Assembly (NCBI RefSeq): GCF_006345805.1
Contig: NC_042997.1
Location: forward strand, 61,752,001 to 61,816,000
DNA from: Octopus sinensis
Taxonomy: Eukaryota
DNA length: 64,000 nucleotides
Direction: 5' to 3'
Below the pieces are notes generated by a model that made no database searches, was not told where the DNA came from, and worked only from the letters and a program-made list of their open reading frames with translations. The position numbers and the translations under genes were made by a program. Of this stretch, positions 23,984 to 37,045 are shown one piece after another. Position 1 is the stretch's first letter, and each line of letters begins with the position of its first letter.

Positions 23984-25266
23984 TTAGGTCATCCCATAAA
24001 TAATGCGGTTTTTTATACTTCTTTTATTTATCAAAATTAAGATAAACACAGTTATTTTTTAATCTAAAATATACTCTCCTACATTTTCTATAGTGCTCTT
24101 CCATCTATCTTGTAGACTTGCAAGGTCCCTCTTCCAAAATTCACTTGTCCGTGACGAAAAATACTCCTTCAGTACTGTTCTAACCTAGTCTACAGAATTC
24201 ATACTTTTTCCGTCCAAATGATTTTGATGACTGCGGAATAAATGATAATTAGATGGGGCAATGTCGGTGAATATGGCGAGTGGGACATCGTTTCCCATTC
24301 AAACTGCTCCAGCTTTGGAATGTATTTTTCGCTGTATGTGGCCGAGCTTTATCCTAATGGAAGAACACCATTCTTCTTGAAACCAAACATGGTCGTTTTT
24401 CTTCTAGCGCTGACTTAAGCCACACAAGCTACTCGCTGTAGATCTCCTTTATTATCGTTTGATTTAAGTTTAAAAGTTCAACGTGGACTAAATCTTTCAT
24501 CTCCTACCAAACAGGTAACAACACCTTACGTGGGTGAAGAGCTTCTTTAGCCTAGGGTACCGGTGTTTCTCCTTTCCTTACCCACTGTCTTCGGCGCTTG
24601 AAATTTTTATAGAGAACCCATTTCTCATCACCAGTCACTATTCGGTCCAAAAAAGGTTCATTCGTGAGACGTGTCAATAAAGAGGAGCACACATTCAGTC
24701 TCTGCACGCGATTAGATTTGGAAAGTTTGTGAGGAACCCATTGACCCAATTTGCTCACTTTTCCGATGGCATGGCGTTGTCGATAAATGGTGAAATGACC
24801 AAATCCAAGCTTCTCTGTTAGTTCCTCAACAGTTACATTGGGATTTTGTTCCACCAGAGTTTGAAGACGTCCTCGTCGAGTTCTACAGATCTTCCCGGAC
24901 GTGGTTCATCTTCTAAGCTGTAGCTACCGGCTCGGAATTTCCGGAACCGCCGTTGACACTAGCTTACGCTTATTGTCTGATACCCATATTCTACATTATT
25001 ACTTCTCGCACTTTCCGTTGCGTTGTTGCCTTTATTGAACTCATAAAGCAAAATATGCCGAATATGTCCATTTGTCACTTCCATTATAGCTTTGAAAACG
25101 TAACTGCTAAAATCGAACTGCACTCTTCAAAACATAAACTAAGAATAAGGACAAGGTAAAATTACTACCTGATTTTATAGCAAGTTGATGCAGGTAGTTT
25201 ATCCCGTCCCCCTCCGGCTTTTAGTTCATGCAGTTGAAAAACCGCATTATTTATTTAATGACCCAA
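23984..25266 (-). mobile_element. Full-length mariner (1283 bp) with dead transposase; TIR resembles cecropia/Hsmar1 type
   Basis: TA|ttaggtcatcccataaataatgcggttttt ... aaaaaccgcattatttatttaatgacccaa|TA; motifs WVPHKL, IVTGDEKWVLY, YSPDIAPSNYHLF. Confidence 0.92.
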
Positions 25267-25269
25267 TAT

Positions 25270-25323
25270 ATGTGTGTGTGTGTGTGGTGTGTGTGTGTGT
25301 GTGTGTGTGTGTGATGACCCAAT

Positions 25324-25381
<58 letters not shown>

Positions 25382-25595
25382 ATATATATAAAGACATTGT
25401 TATGATGAAAAACTTGAGAATCATAGATATTGTGAATAATCTTAAATAGTGTTTTATGAATATGAAAAATTCCTTACTTGTGAACTTATGCGATGCAGAA
25501 ACATATGTCGCGATACATTAACAAAGGTTAGGGATTTCCATCCACAAATTATTATCGTTATTATGTGTGTGTGTGTGTGTGTGGTGTGTGTGTGT

Positions 25596-25629
<34 letters not shown>

Positions 25630-26136
25630 TGTGTGTGTGTATACATATATATATAGAGAGAGATTTGATCCATCAAAGGACTATAGTAGTTTTTTTATGC
25701 TAGGCATATCCGCTTTTACAGGTATTATTGAACGCCTAACAAATTTGTATTCCATTTCGATTCCTGCTTCTTCTCTTTATCCAACTCCTGCTAAGTAGTA
25801 GCAGCCATTAATTCGCCATCAATCTTCACTAGATAAACTACAGTGTATATATGTATATGTGTGTAAATGTGTATGAATGCATATATGTGTATATTTATAT
25901 GTGTTCATGTGTGTGTCCGTGTATGTATGTGTGCTCATGTCTGTATATATATCTGTGTGTGCGTATGCGTGCTCACACTTGAATTTACGTACGTGCGTGT
26001 GCGTATGCACGTATTTGTATGTGTATGGACGGTGTTTCCCTGTCATTACCTCCTCATCTAAACGTTTTCCATGTCTTCTGACATTATTTAGATGACACAT
26101 CTGGTCAAGCTGAGATATCACAACTATAGTCTCTCT

Positions 26137-26191
<55 letters not shown>
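25270..26191. repeat. (TG)n/(TA)n/(CT)n microsatellite cluster
   Basis: Direct reading. Confidence 0.9.
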
Positions 26192-26194
<3 letters not shown>

Positions 26195-26299
26195 GTAGAA
26201 CCACCTTAAAACACAGATGAGAAAATGAACGAATCTCGTACATCTGTAGAACTGACCAGCTACCATTGCGTCGCAGTGTGACGTATTCCTAATCTGCTG

Positions 26300-28672
26300 C
26301 TGCTACTTAGATAAGATTGAAGCACGATGCACAGTTAGATAGAAGATACATTGTCACTTTTAAAGACAGAAGACTACCAGTGCAGACGTCATTGCCTGAG
26401 CAGCCTAACGTTCCTCTAAGCAAGCACAGGAAGAAGACCCAACAGCACAATTTGCACTCGTTCCTCTGTTCTATGAAATGTTCACCACCTTTGCAGTGGT
26501 CAAGCATCGCCGTCAGTTCGGATTTCTGAATCCATATCAAATTGCAGTCACATTTAATCTGTTGCTGTTTGCCTTGACAAAGTTTTTACTGTGGATATGG
26601 CTTGACATTTATACTAAGAGAGTTCGTGGGTCCCATAAAAGTTGAGTCTGCCATGGACTGAAGAAATAATATAAAGAAGAGTTCTTTCGTGGACTGAACC
26701 CTGGTCATGAGATATGACACCCTAAACTTTTCATAGCATATATTGAATGCATTGTAGGACTTATAAAGAGAAAATATTTCCTCTGTATGTCAGAGCATTG
26801 GCGGAACTTACGTCGCTGTCCGTTTATTTGGATTATATGCATTAATCATTGTAGACGCATGTCCATATCAGAGACATGGAGTCCTTGCTAGAAACTGTCA
26901 AAGATGACTGTGAAAAATGTTCACACAGGATCTTTGCCAAGTTTAAAAACTCTCTTGGATTCCATTTGATCAAGCTCATTAGCAGGAGAACAAGACCATG
27001 CCAGGCTCACAGATTCTTTTGGGGCCAGAGTTGGTTAGACTGGGGAAGTTTAAAAAAAGAATATCTTCTTGGTGATGATACAGAGATCTCCAGAAACTTC
27101 CAGTACTACAAGCAAAGTCAATCGACGTATAACCCCGTCCAGATGACTATCCTCTTTGAAATCATCAGAAGAATGGACAAACTTTTCTCGGGTGATTTCC
27201 CAGATCTAGCAACTCTAGACAATTCCAACAGCAGGGACGAATTCGGTGTAATCACAATGCGCAATTTGAAAGATTATAGACAGAAAAACAATTCTAGGAA
27301 TTCGTCGAAAATGCTGCCTAAGTACGTCGCCACTCCATCTATAATACAATCATCAACAATTATTTTCTGCTCTCCAGAAAACATTGATACAAGATAAAAT
27401 CTAAAAAGAACAAGATTGAAGTGCTTCAGAACAATGTAGGGAAAACTAAGAAGATGATTTAGACAAGTGCTTTGCACAAGGACACAGTCCTTCTAAGTTT
27501 CGTTTGTCAAACACGAAGGCTGATATTCTGAAATGTTTTGAACATCCCAGACTAACAAAGCCACCTTCGGCGTAGGATTGCTAAGACATGGAGGGTATTG
27601 GAATCGTCCGATGCTTACCCATTATCAGTATCAGCATCTTCCATGAATGTGCCGTTTTGAGTATTCATACCTTATCTACACAAACATCTGCAGGTGGCTA
27701 CGAGGTTGGATTTGCGTGGGACTCATACATATTAGACAGTTTGAAGGAATCTATACGGGAGAAGAGAGACAATGGCTTACACGGAAAATATTAAGCTAAC
27801 ATTACACTACCAGGCAATTAGATGGGCTTCCTTCATGATCCAATGAATAAGAAGCTTTTTCCCCCTTTTAATTTCCAAGGTTCAAGAGTTCAAATTGTTT
27901 TCAGTCAAAGTTGTATATGTTACATCAGAGCATGCTTTGATGTCCGTTGAAATAAGTATTCCCCATTCAAAATGCAAACATGAGTAGATAGACACCAAAT
28001 TAGAAGTTGTGTTTCATATTAAATGCACTGGATCATGGTGAAAACACTTCATAACTTGCCTTAGATACAGTTACTATAGTCATCCTGACAGGCACATTTC
28101 ATGGTATGATTGAAGCTCTATCTTTGGCTAACTACTGGATGGCTCTTTAAATGGGTAAGATTTATCACAGTAACGCCATCTCTGCAAACCTGGGGAAACT
28201 ACTATCACAAACGCTTTCAATGGCATGAGCAAAAAATCGTTTTCGCAAGCTTGGCAGGTCTATGAAAATGCCTCAGAAATATAAGTGCATCTCGTTACTC
28301 ATTCCTTTCAGTTACTGGATGTGACAACAACCCTTTCAAGAAGCTTGTGAGAGTGGCCGTTATCCTGAATGACAAATGTAGTCCATTAACTGCAGTCAGC
28401 ATGACGAGAAGGAATATTTTGTTAAAATCGAGTAATGGACAAAGTGTAAAGTGACACTCTATCTCATCAAGCAGAAATCTAGATGACCAGCACACTAACA
28501 CTGCTTGTGGTTCCTTCCCCACTGAAGTATTTCCATATTGAGTAATAATTCCATGGCTAGAGCATGCAGAGAACTGATTAAATGTTCTTACAAAGGTGAC
28601 TTCTCCGACAGTAGGTTTACTGAAATAAATCAGGATTGCTCATCACATTGCAAGTGCAATTGTACTCTATAA
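26300..28672 (+). pseudogene. AcademX-like DNA transposon protein fossil (transposase, XPG/PIN-like nuclease, C-terminal Cys-rich domain)
   Basis: Across frameshifts: ALVPLFYE; FLNPYQIAVTF; HVHIRDMESL; IPFDQAH*QENK (26959-26994); FSGDFPDLATLD; CKHE*IDT..LDTVTIVIL (from 27973); NAFNGMSKKSFSQAWQVYE; ARACRELIKCSYKG..CSSHCKCNC*. The order matches the Academ transposase-XPG-Cys architecture as I recall it. Confidence 0.72.
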
Positions 28673-28848
28673 GACATCGCAAACTATGTGTTAGTGAAAT
28701 TGTACTCCACAGGACATTATAAGCAATGTGTTAGCGCAATTGTACTGTATAGAACATTGCAAGTTATTTGTTAGTGCATTTGTACTGCACAGAACATTGA
28801 GAGCTCTGTTAGCGCGATTGTACGCCATAAGACATTGCAGACTATTCG
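28652..28848 (+). repeat. 40-bp minisatellite, 5 diverged units
   Basis: ttagtg(c/a)aattgtact..a(g/a)gacatt....atgtg units start at 28652, 28691, 28731, 28771 and 28809. Confidence 0.85.
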
Positions 28849-29204
28849 TAACACATATCAAAACATTACTACATACAAAGTTAGAAACTATGACAGTTGG
28901 TTATAAGGAGTTATTCTAGTAAATGTCATGGAAATTTACTTAGAAATTGTATGACTCACAAAACTCGAGAACAACGCTGTTCATTATAGGGTATGGTAAT
29001 GTTTAACATGAGTTACTTTAATATTTTTTGTTCTTCATATTTGGTAATAATTTTTTTTTTAACTCTGGGAGGCCCAGAGTTTAATATCCTCCACCTCTAA
29101 CTATGCCTATGCTGGAATCATTTAGATCATGTCTTCTCAATCAACAAGAACAAAATCATCACCATTATCATCATCATCCTCACTACCACCACAACCATCA
29201 GCAA

Positions 29205-29490
29205 AGAATACACACGGAAATATGTTGGAGCAACAAGAGCTCATTTCAGGCCAGGCTAAATAACCACAGATCCGCTTTTGGGATCCCTTAAAGGTGCAGC
29301 ATTACAACATTAGCCAGCCATATATGGGGGTTAAAAGAGGGGATAATGCTATACAAAATTAACTGGAAGCTGATGGAACAACCTGAGTCATACATCAACG
29401 GAAACAGACGAAGCAAATTTTGCTTAACCGAGAGAATAATGATCAAAAACTTCGCACTGTCCAGGCGCCTTCTTGAATTCAAAAAGTTAA
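29205..29490 (+). pseudogene. Penelope-like GIY-YIG endonuclease relic (lineage 2)
   Basis: KYVGAT..SFQARLNNHRSAF..TTLASHIWGLK..INWKL..FCLTERIMIK. Confidence 0.7.
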
Positions 29491-30273
29491 ATTTTCAGCT
29501 GTCGCTCTCATGAGAGACAATTCGTTTTAGAAACGTGTTCTTCGCTATTTGCAGAGTAGAGAACGGAAAAAACATACACAAACACAGCTGATCCACTCCG
29601 GCTATGGCCGGAATTGTGCAAGGAGAGGAAACTTTCCTTTGTCTCCTAGAAAAGGGTTTTCGTTTCAATTTTTTTCACCACCAAACTAACAAAGACTGTA
29701 TATTTATCTCCAGTATTAAAGAGGTTTTGTGCCTCCGTCTAGCATGTCTGATAAGTCATCTATATTGCTAATTGCAATAAGCTGACACGAAATCAATAAC
29801 TTTCTGACTGGTTATATGCTATAACTAAGAATATACTACTCGACTATACTCGCATACATACATACATAAATCTATACATACACACTTGAAGCGCACAAAA
29901 TGGTGATCGTCATGTCAAAATGTTATGAGAAACTGTCTTTCAACTAGTTTTAACAGGCTAAGAGGGTGCAAGACAAAGGAGAAAAGTGGCAACAAATATA
30001 CCGCCTGCACACAGACACACAAATACGAATATATGTGCTTATTGTCCTGTATCTCTCCCTTTTTTTTGCTTGTCTTGTTCCTTGGTTTGTGTCTATGTGT
30101 TTCGTCTCTCTATGTGTTCGACGTCTTTTTGGTGTCCTGTACACATATATGCGTGTATATGTACATGTAGAGGTAGGTACGTACATATATGTTTATATAT
30201 ATGCATATATTCTATTTTATTAACATATATATATATATATATTATATATATATATATTATATATATATATTAT

Positions 30274-30378
<105 letters not shown>

Positions 30379-30379
30379 G

Positions 30380-31443
30380 AAAGTTGGTTTGTGAAAGCAC
30401 GTGGTTGAATATATAGAAAATAGTAAAAAGTGAAAAAACTACAGAAGGCTTAAAGGTTAAAAAATATATATATTTGCGTCAATATGTCTGAAGAATATTA
30501 AACATTTTTTTCCTTACAATGACATAGTTTAGAAGAAAGACCGGTTTCGCGTTTAGCTTTTCAAATTTCTTACGACGTTATGTTTATGTTGAATAGAGTT
30601 ATCGTTATGTTTATGTTTAAAAGAGTTCTAAATAAGGGGAGGTAATGAGTGATTTCTTCCGGTGTAAGGGAGATAATCGCTTAAAATTTTTTTCCTTTCC
30701 CTTGGTGTGAATTTCTCTGTATCAGTATGTTGGCATGGTTAAGTCTGGGCTTGTACTTTTCAATGAAGAATGTTTCCTTGTTTAGTCTAATTTGTGTTGA
30801 TGATCCGATAGCACATTGGTAAAATGGAAAGATTAAAAATTGTGGTAGTAGTTGCTTTGCGCATTTCTCAATATGCTCACTAAAAGGTATCATTCTGTAT
30901 TCTGGGAATGCAATCTGTTGTCGATGCAGTGTGCATCTATGTCTGAGTGATAGTCCCGTGGATCCCACGTAGTCTTGGTGGCAGCCCGAGCATTTTATGA
31001 CATAAATTATGTTTTCAGAGGCACAAGTAAAGTTAGATTTGATCTTGAATTTCTGTCCCTCTTTAAAGAGGAATTCTGATCCTTCTAGCAGGTTTGGACA
31101 TGTTGCACAGTTCGATCTACCACATTTTAAAAAAAATTTTGCATCCGTAATTTCAGAAAACAATTTTGCCTTTGTGAGAATCTTTTTAAGTGATTTAGGT
31201 TGTTTGTAGCTTTTAATGATTTGGTGTATGTTTAGAATTTCCTTTAATTTGGGGTCCTTATGAAGTATTGGTAAATTCTGGGTGATGATGGTGAAGGCTT
31301 CTTTGTTTCTGGGGTTGTATGTAGATATGTAAGGTAGTATTTTCGGGGAAGGTGTGTTGTTGTGTTGAACTTTTCTTAAAGTTTCTATGTTGATTTCTGT
31401 TGCACGTCTGATCCCATCCTCTATGAGTTGAGCTGGGTAATGT
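30380..31443 (-). mobile_element. 5'-truncated Penelope-like element (Neptune-like) with open GIY-YIG domain and 3' terminal repeat
   Basis: ORF 30681..31529: after a microsatellite-derived N-terminus it reads LPYISTYNP..CGRSNCATC..IIYVIKCSGC..YVGSTG..R..LH..FSEH..ETFFIEKYKP, about 240 codons without a stop. Confidence 0.9.
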
Positions 31444-32644
31444 CTGTCAATATATATATATATATACATACATACATATATACATACATACATACATACA
31501 TACATACATACATACATACATACATACATACGACGGGTTTCTTTCAGTTTCCGTCTACCAAATTCACTTATAAACCACTGGTTGGACTGGAGCTATAATA
31601 AAAGGCACTTGCCCAAGATGCTGCGCAGTGGGGCTGATCCCGAAACCCTTTGGTTGCAAAACGAGCCTCTTAACCACATACCAATTTGTCGTAAGAAACA
31701 TATGTGAAAAGCGATAAATGTTACAACTTTACAAATCTTTCTCCCTCTTATAAAATATTTAGCACTGTTTCAAGTGAAAAGTAATTGTTATTGCTGTTTA
31801 TGTTGTTGCTGTTGTTTTTTTGTTCCGTTATCGAAATAAATTCCTATATCTTCCGCTTCTGTCGCCCCTCCACCAACACCATTCAGTTATTAACGGAAAT
31901 TTATCACTAAGGAATGTTTAGTACTGTTGATAGTTGTGCTAGTGGTGATAAGATTGTTGTTGTTGTTGTTGTTGTTGTTGTTATTGTTGTTCTCGTTGTT
32001 GTTATTGTTGTCGGAAAAATAGTTGTTGTTATTGGTGGTGGTGATGTCGTGTGGCCCCTAGTTGAGCAAATCTGTCATCAAAAACATTCCAACTATAACC
32101 ATCCCTTTTTTAGAGGCATTTAAGAAGCTTGTTAAATTTCTTCCAATCACTTGAGATTTTTCAAGAATATTTTCAAAAGTTGTAGTTCTCATGTAGTTTT
32201 GAATGCTGGCTATGAAAATTACATTCATTTTGTTTTTCTCTCGAAATTAATAATAAAGACGCTACAAACATTTAAAATAATGTAATTTTAGTCAGTCAGT
32301 AGCCTCCATTTAGTGGCATATTGTGTCTGAGTATTTAGAATGATTAACCTTGTCGTTACCAGACTTTTGTTGAAATATACAGATTTATTTGAAATCATTG
32401 TAAAATTAATGACAAATTTATTAAAATAACCTAGTGTTTGGAACATAATTTAATTTGAGATTTTGACAAAAGATTCTAATTTAAATTGATTTAAAACAGA
32501 AGGATAGTATCATAGAAGTTTTTTCAGGGGAGATCTGAGAGAGGTTAGTAACGGAGAAGGTGAATATTGGAGTTCACTACAGCAACAAACTCTGACTCTT
32601 GTACACCTGCGTTATTATAAATTAAATAAATGCGCCCTTTTTAA

Positions 32645-32879
32645 AGCCTTGCCAGGCTCATGGGCCCGGTTTCCCGGTTTCCGTGGCGAATGTGTTCCCC
32701 AGCTGGATGGGACGCCAGTCCATCGCAACGTTACTCATTTTTGCCAGCTGAGTGGACTGGAGGAACGTGAAATGAAGTGTTTTGCTCAAGAACAGAACGC
32801 GTCGCCCGGTCCAGGAATCGAAACCACAATCTTACGATCATGATGCTGACATCCTAACCACTAAGCCACTCGCCTCCAC
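32645..32879 (-). mobile_element. SINE family C (tRNA-like head)
   Basis: Minus strand gtggaggcgagtggcttagtggttagg...ggtttcgattcc...ttgagcaaaacacttcat. Relatives at 45175-45468 (-) and 3040-3130 (+). Confidence 0.8.
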
Positions 32880-33319
32880 ACTGCGTTGTTATAGAGGCGG
32901 CTTATTATTGTTTAACCCTGTGTCTCTGATTACGAAGACCTACAATAAAAACTAGTCAGGTGAAGGGTCTTATCATAGGCTGATGAGATCTGCTGCTGGT
33001 ACTATGTAAATCAGTACTACCCGTTTTCATGGTCGGGTGATTGGCGACTGAGCCAGCTACCCCATTGAGTAGTTTGCTACTCTTGTGAGGAGGGTATCTG
33101 GATACCCAGTGGACTAAAAGCAAGGCCTGTCAAAGGACGGATCATATATATATATATATATATATACTCTTACTCTTTTACTTGTTTCAGTCATTTGACT
33201 GCGGCAAAGAACAACGGCCGTTGAGTTGGGGAAGACAATCTCTAAGATTGTCAAGAAGGCTGAGGGGATCCGAGCATCACATAGGCAGACCTTTGTCAGC
33301 CGCTCTCCAGCAATCTATT

Positions 33320-33510
33320 CAAAACTGTATATAACAATGGTGCATCAGTAGTCTGGTACTCCTATCTTGCTCAGCATATCAATCTCCTGGAAACTGTTCA
33401 GAAACGTGCAACAAAACGAATTCACCAAAATCAAAAAACAACACAGTACCCATGACTTTCGGAGACATTTTTCACATGCAGAATTGTTAAAGCATGGAAT
33501 AAACTACCTA
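33320..33510 (+). pseudogene. CR1-like LINE 3' relic
   Basis: LLETVQKRATKRI..FFTCRIVKAWNKLP. Confidence 0.7.
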
Positions 33511-34040
33511 TAATAGGAGAGCAGTAATACTGCTCTTGTATAGGCATCTGCTACATAAAATGCACAAAAGAATCAGTACCAGACGAGGAATGTCCAGTAG
33601 AGTTGGTCAGCATGTGGTGTTATCGAATGCATGTAGCTCATGAGGCGCAAAAAGTCGAAATCACGTGATATAACAGTTCTCTACTGCTGCTGGAGAGTTC
33701 TCGTCTACTACTACTACTACTACTACTACTCTTAAGCTTTTATGCTCCAGACGCCGATAAGAGAGACTTTCTCAGGGCGAAAGCAGTAGTATTGTGACGC
33801 CCATACAATACTTCCTCGTTAAGTAAAGTACAAATATTGCAGATCATTGTAATGTACCTTTCTGATAATTAGAAATTCTAAATGTATTGTTATGAATATC
33901 ATATTAAAGTATCAACAAAGCAAAGTAGAACCAGCTACTGGTAACTGTAAGAAACCCACGAATCAAACTGTTTTAAATTATAATAACTGCACATGAGTTT
34001 GTGTGTGTAATACTTTTATTACACACACACACATATGCAT

Positions 34041-34147
<107 letters not shown>

Positions 34148-34419
34148 TATAGATAGATAGATAGATTTATTAGCCATACAGGGTTCGACACAGTGGGGAC
34201 GATATAATGTAGAGTTTTTTCTTTTCGAGGGGGCGAAAAATAGGGACAATGATCAAAAGGGATCGAAATTGTTTGGGACATAGAAAAGTCGAAATAGTAC
34301 AAAAAGAACGTAGTTCCCAAAAGTGGGGAGGTTTATCCGTGGAAAGAAAATTCTCGGGCAAAATGCACATGTGCATTACACTAAAGTACTCCCTTTCTCT
34401 TTGGTTCATAGGTCTATGC

Positions 34420-35775
34420 TCACCTTCCTTTCCAAATGATACTTGAAACATTTGATGAGCGATTGACCAGATAGGAAAGTGTTTGTTTCTAGTCCTTTCA
34501 AACACATTCTTTCGCCATAGCCACTACTGCAATGAAAACAGCTCTTCCTTCCCGTTTGAAGGAAGGAAGCAGGGCAATATTAACGATAGACTCGGCTGAT
34601 AAACCAACTCGTCCCATACTCGACAACACTTCTTCGACATAAGCCCACAGGTCCGCATCTCGGGCAGGTTGGCCCGGTGTTTCTAGAGCCATGCCTGTAG
34701 AGCTTATCTCGAACGAGTAATGTCTCTCGATAGCACTGCCAGGCCAGGGATCTCTGGAAGTTGTCCATAGGTCCCGACCCCAAAGTTCTCATGAACAGGT
34801 GGGTCAGGTATTCCTCGTCGACGCCCAGGTTCTCCCCAAGACCGTCGTCATACCTCCCCTCCTCTATAGAATGCTTTAGTAGTATTGCAGTCATGCAAGT
34901 TTGATCCGGGACGGCAGAGTTGCTTGAAGGCAACGCGACTCTCGCGGTGCCATTCGCCTAGCCTCGGTCTCTTTTTGATCCACGATTGCAGTTCGGCCAA
35001 GAAGACGAGCTGCGGGAATGTGCGCTCCACAAATGGCGACCACACCCGTTCACCGTCGTCTATGAAGCGCCGGAGATATCGCAGTCTCAGCGCATGTCTG
35101 CGCATCATTGACCACAGCATGCCCAGCCTTCCTTTTAGCGGATGTTGGCAGCAAACGGATCGCCTGACCATCGGAACGCTTCCTTTCCACAAGAAGCTGA
35201 AGAGGATGCGTTCCTGCTTGGTGATGGTAGGGTCGAGACAAGGCACGACGGTCAGGCGGTAGTAGATGATGGACACAATGTATGCGTTCGCCACCTCTGC
35301 CCGACCTTTTAGAGACAGCTTCCTCTTTGCCCATTGCTGGCCACCCTACTCGTTATCTCGTCTCCGTTTTGCTGCCAGTTGCAGTAGACTGCTTCCAAGA
35401 TGCCTCCAAACAAATCAGGCATATGACCATAAAGCTCGTAGAGCAGACCATCCAAACCCGGCAATTTGTCCCTCGAGCAATCTGCTATCGCATCCCGCAC
35501 GTCCGCTGCTGTGCTAGCACTTTCACAACACGCCGCCACTCTTGCCGATAGCTGTGACAGGCTATGCAAGTAGGCACTGAAGTCTACTCTGCGTTCTGGC
35601 TCGCCATTTGTCCCAAACAGTCGGGCAAAGTGTTATTGAAAGACCTCACACATTTCTCTAGGTAATTCGCGCCCCTGTTCATCTATCAGAGACCGAATGA
35701 TGGCTTTGTTGCCCTGTTGCGCTTCTGCCACCCGGGCCGCTCGCGCGGCTTCAGTACCTTCGTTCCTTGGAGACG
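34420..35775 (-). pseudogene. Tx1-like LINE, same family as 13915-16250, lacking the RT core
   Basis: KLPGLDGLLYELY..NWQQNG is joined directly to ..WAKRKLSLKGRAEVANAYIVSIIYYRL..FLWKG. Confidence 0.88.
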
Positions 35776-35799
35776 GAAGATATAAGAACCCACAGTATG

Positions 35800-36390
35800 G
35801 TAGACACCATAACGACTCGTAATACTGAGGAAATATCCTTATGAAAACCTCAATAAATTGCAAATATAACAGGCAGTATGTACATTGATAGAAATCCATT
35901 TCAAATCGGATGTCAACATGAAGCTAAAGATCAGAAAAAAAGGAGACACCTCCTCTGAACTATTGAGAAATATACAACTGCCCACCTGGATTACAAATTC
36001 AAATTTATACCCATAATCATTAGCGTACTAGGATATGTAAAATCTGCTTCAGCACCCATTTGGAAAAATTAAGATTTTAAAACCAGAAAGGAGAAAGTTA
36101 ATTAGAAGATTACAGATACAAGCCATCAATGGAACTGTCAAAATATGGAAAAAAATTTCCAAAAGCTTAGTGTATAAGTACATATGCACGTGTTTATACC
36201 TGCAACTATATGTATGAGGATACATGCATTAAACAAGACATAGAGATTTTCACATGCACTCACTTCAAATACTTGAATATACACACACATACACAACTAC
36301 CCTGGTAATGTTGTTGAAACTGCAAGGAACGGGCCTTGGATCTGAGTTAGAAACTGGCTCGTTCTCCATTGACAAGAAATCTAGAAATAA
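35800..36390 (+). mobile_element. RLE-type LINE 3' relic of another family, with 3'UTR
   Basis: KTSINCKYNR..YKFKFIPIIISVLGYV..LIRRLQIQAINGTVKIWK. Confidence 0.6.
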
Positions 36391-37045
36391 AGCCATCAAC
36401 TTATCCATCCATCCTTACATACACACACACACACACACACAAACATACACACACACATACATACATACATACATACACATACATACATACATGCATACAT
36501 GCATACATACATACATACATACATACATACATACATACATACATACATACATACATACATGCATATGTGAGGGTATAATATATAAATTCAAATGTAAAAT
36601 TGAAAGTAACAAACGAGAAAGTGTTGTGCTCATTTGGCCAGTTACATTGGCCAGATGAGCACAACACTCTCTCGTAGGTTCACTATGCATTTACAACAAG
36701 TAGCGATTTCAATACCCCGCACCACGTATCACAAAACAAAGCTATATAAGAAAATACTAACAGATAGTACTTCCATCTGACACAGAATTCTCCCGAAAAA
36801 CAGACGATTAATAATAGAAGCAATATTCATATCGCGACATAGGGCGATCATTAGTACACAAATAACATATACATGATACAAACTGGATAAGCATATGACT
36901 AACTGACTGATGATATGCAACTCTAACGGCCAAAATATGACCCTCGTGATGTAGAAAAGTCAAAATCTGGCGATAAAGCCAGAATAAACGAAAATCGTCC
37001 ACTACCATGGAAGCTGTAGAAAAGCCAACATCACAACAATTAAAC

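Noticed and set aside
26876-27397. 173-aa ORF as a novel host gene
   Set aside because: It drifts in and out of the Academ-like frame and is part of a frameshifted TE fossil.
28652-28848. 40-bp repeats as a CRISPR array
   Set aside because: Units are contiguous without spacers, degenerate, and in a eukaryotic context.
32985-33030. ggCTGATGAGatc as a hammerhead
   Set aside because: No downstream GAAA or pairing stems.
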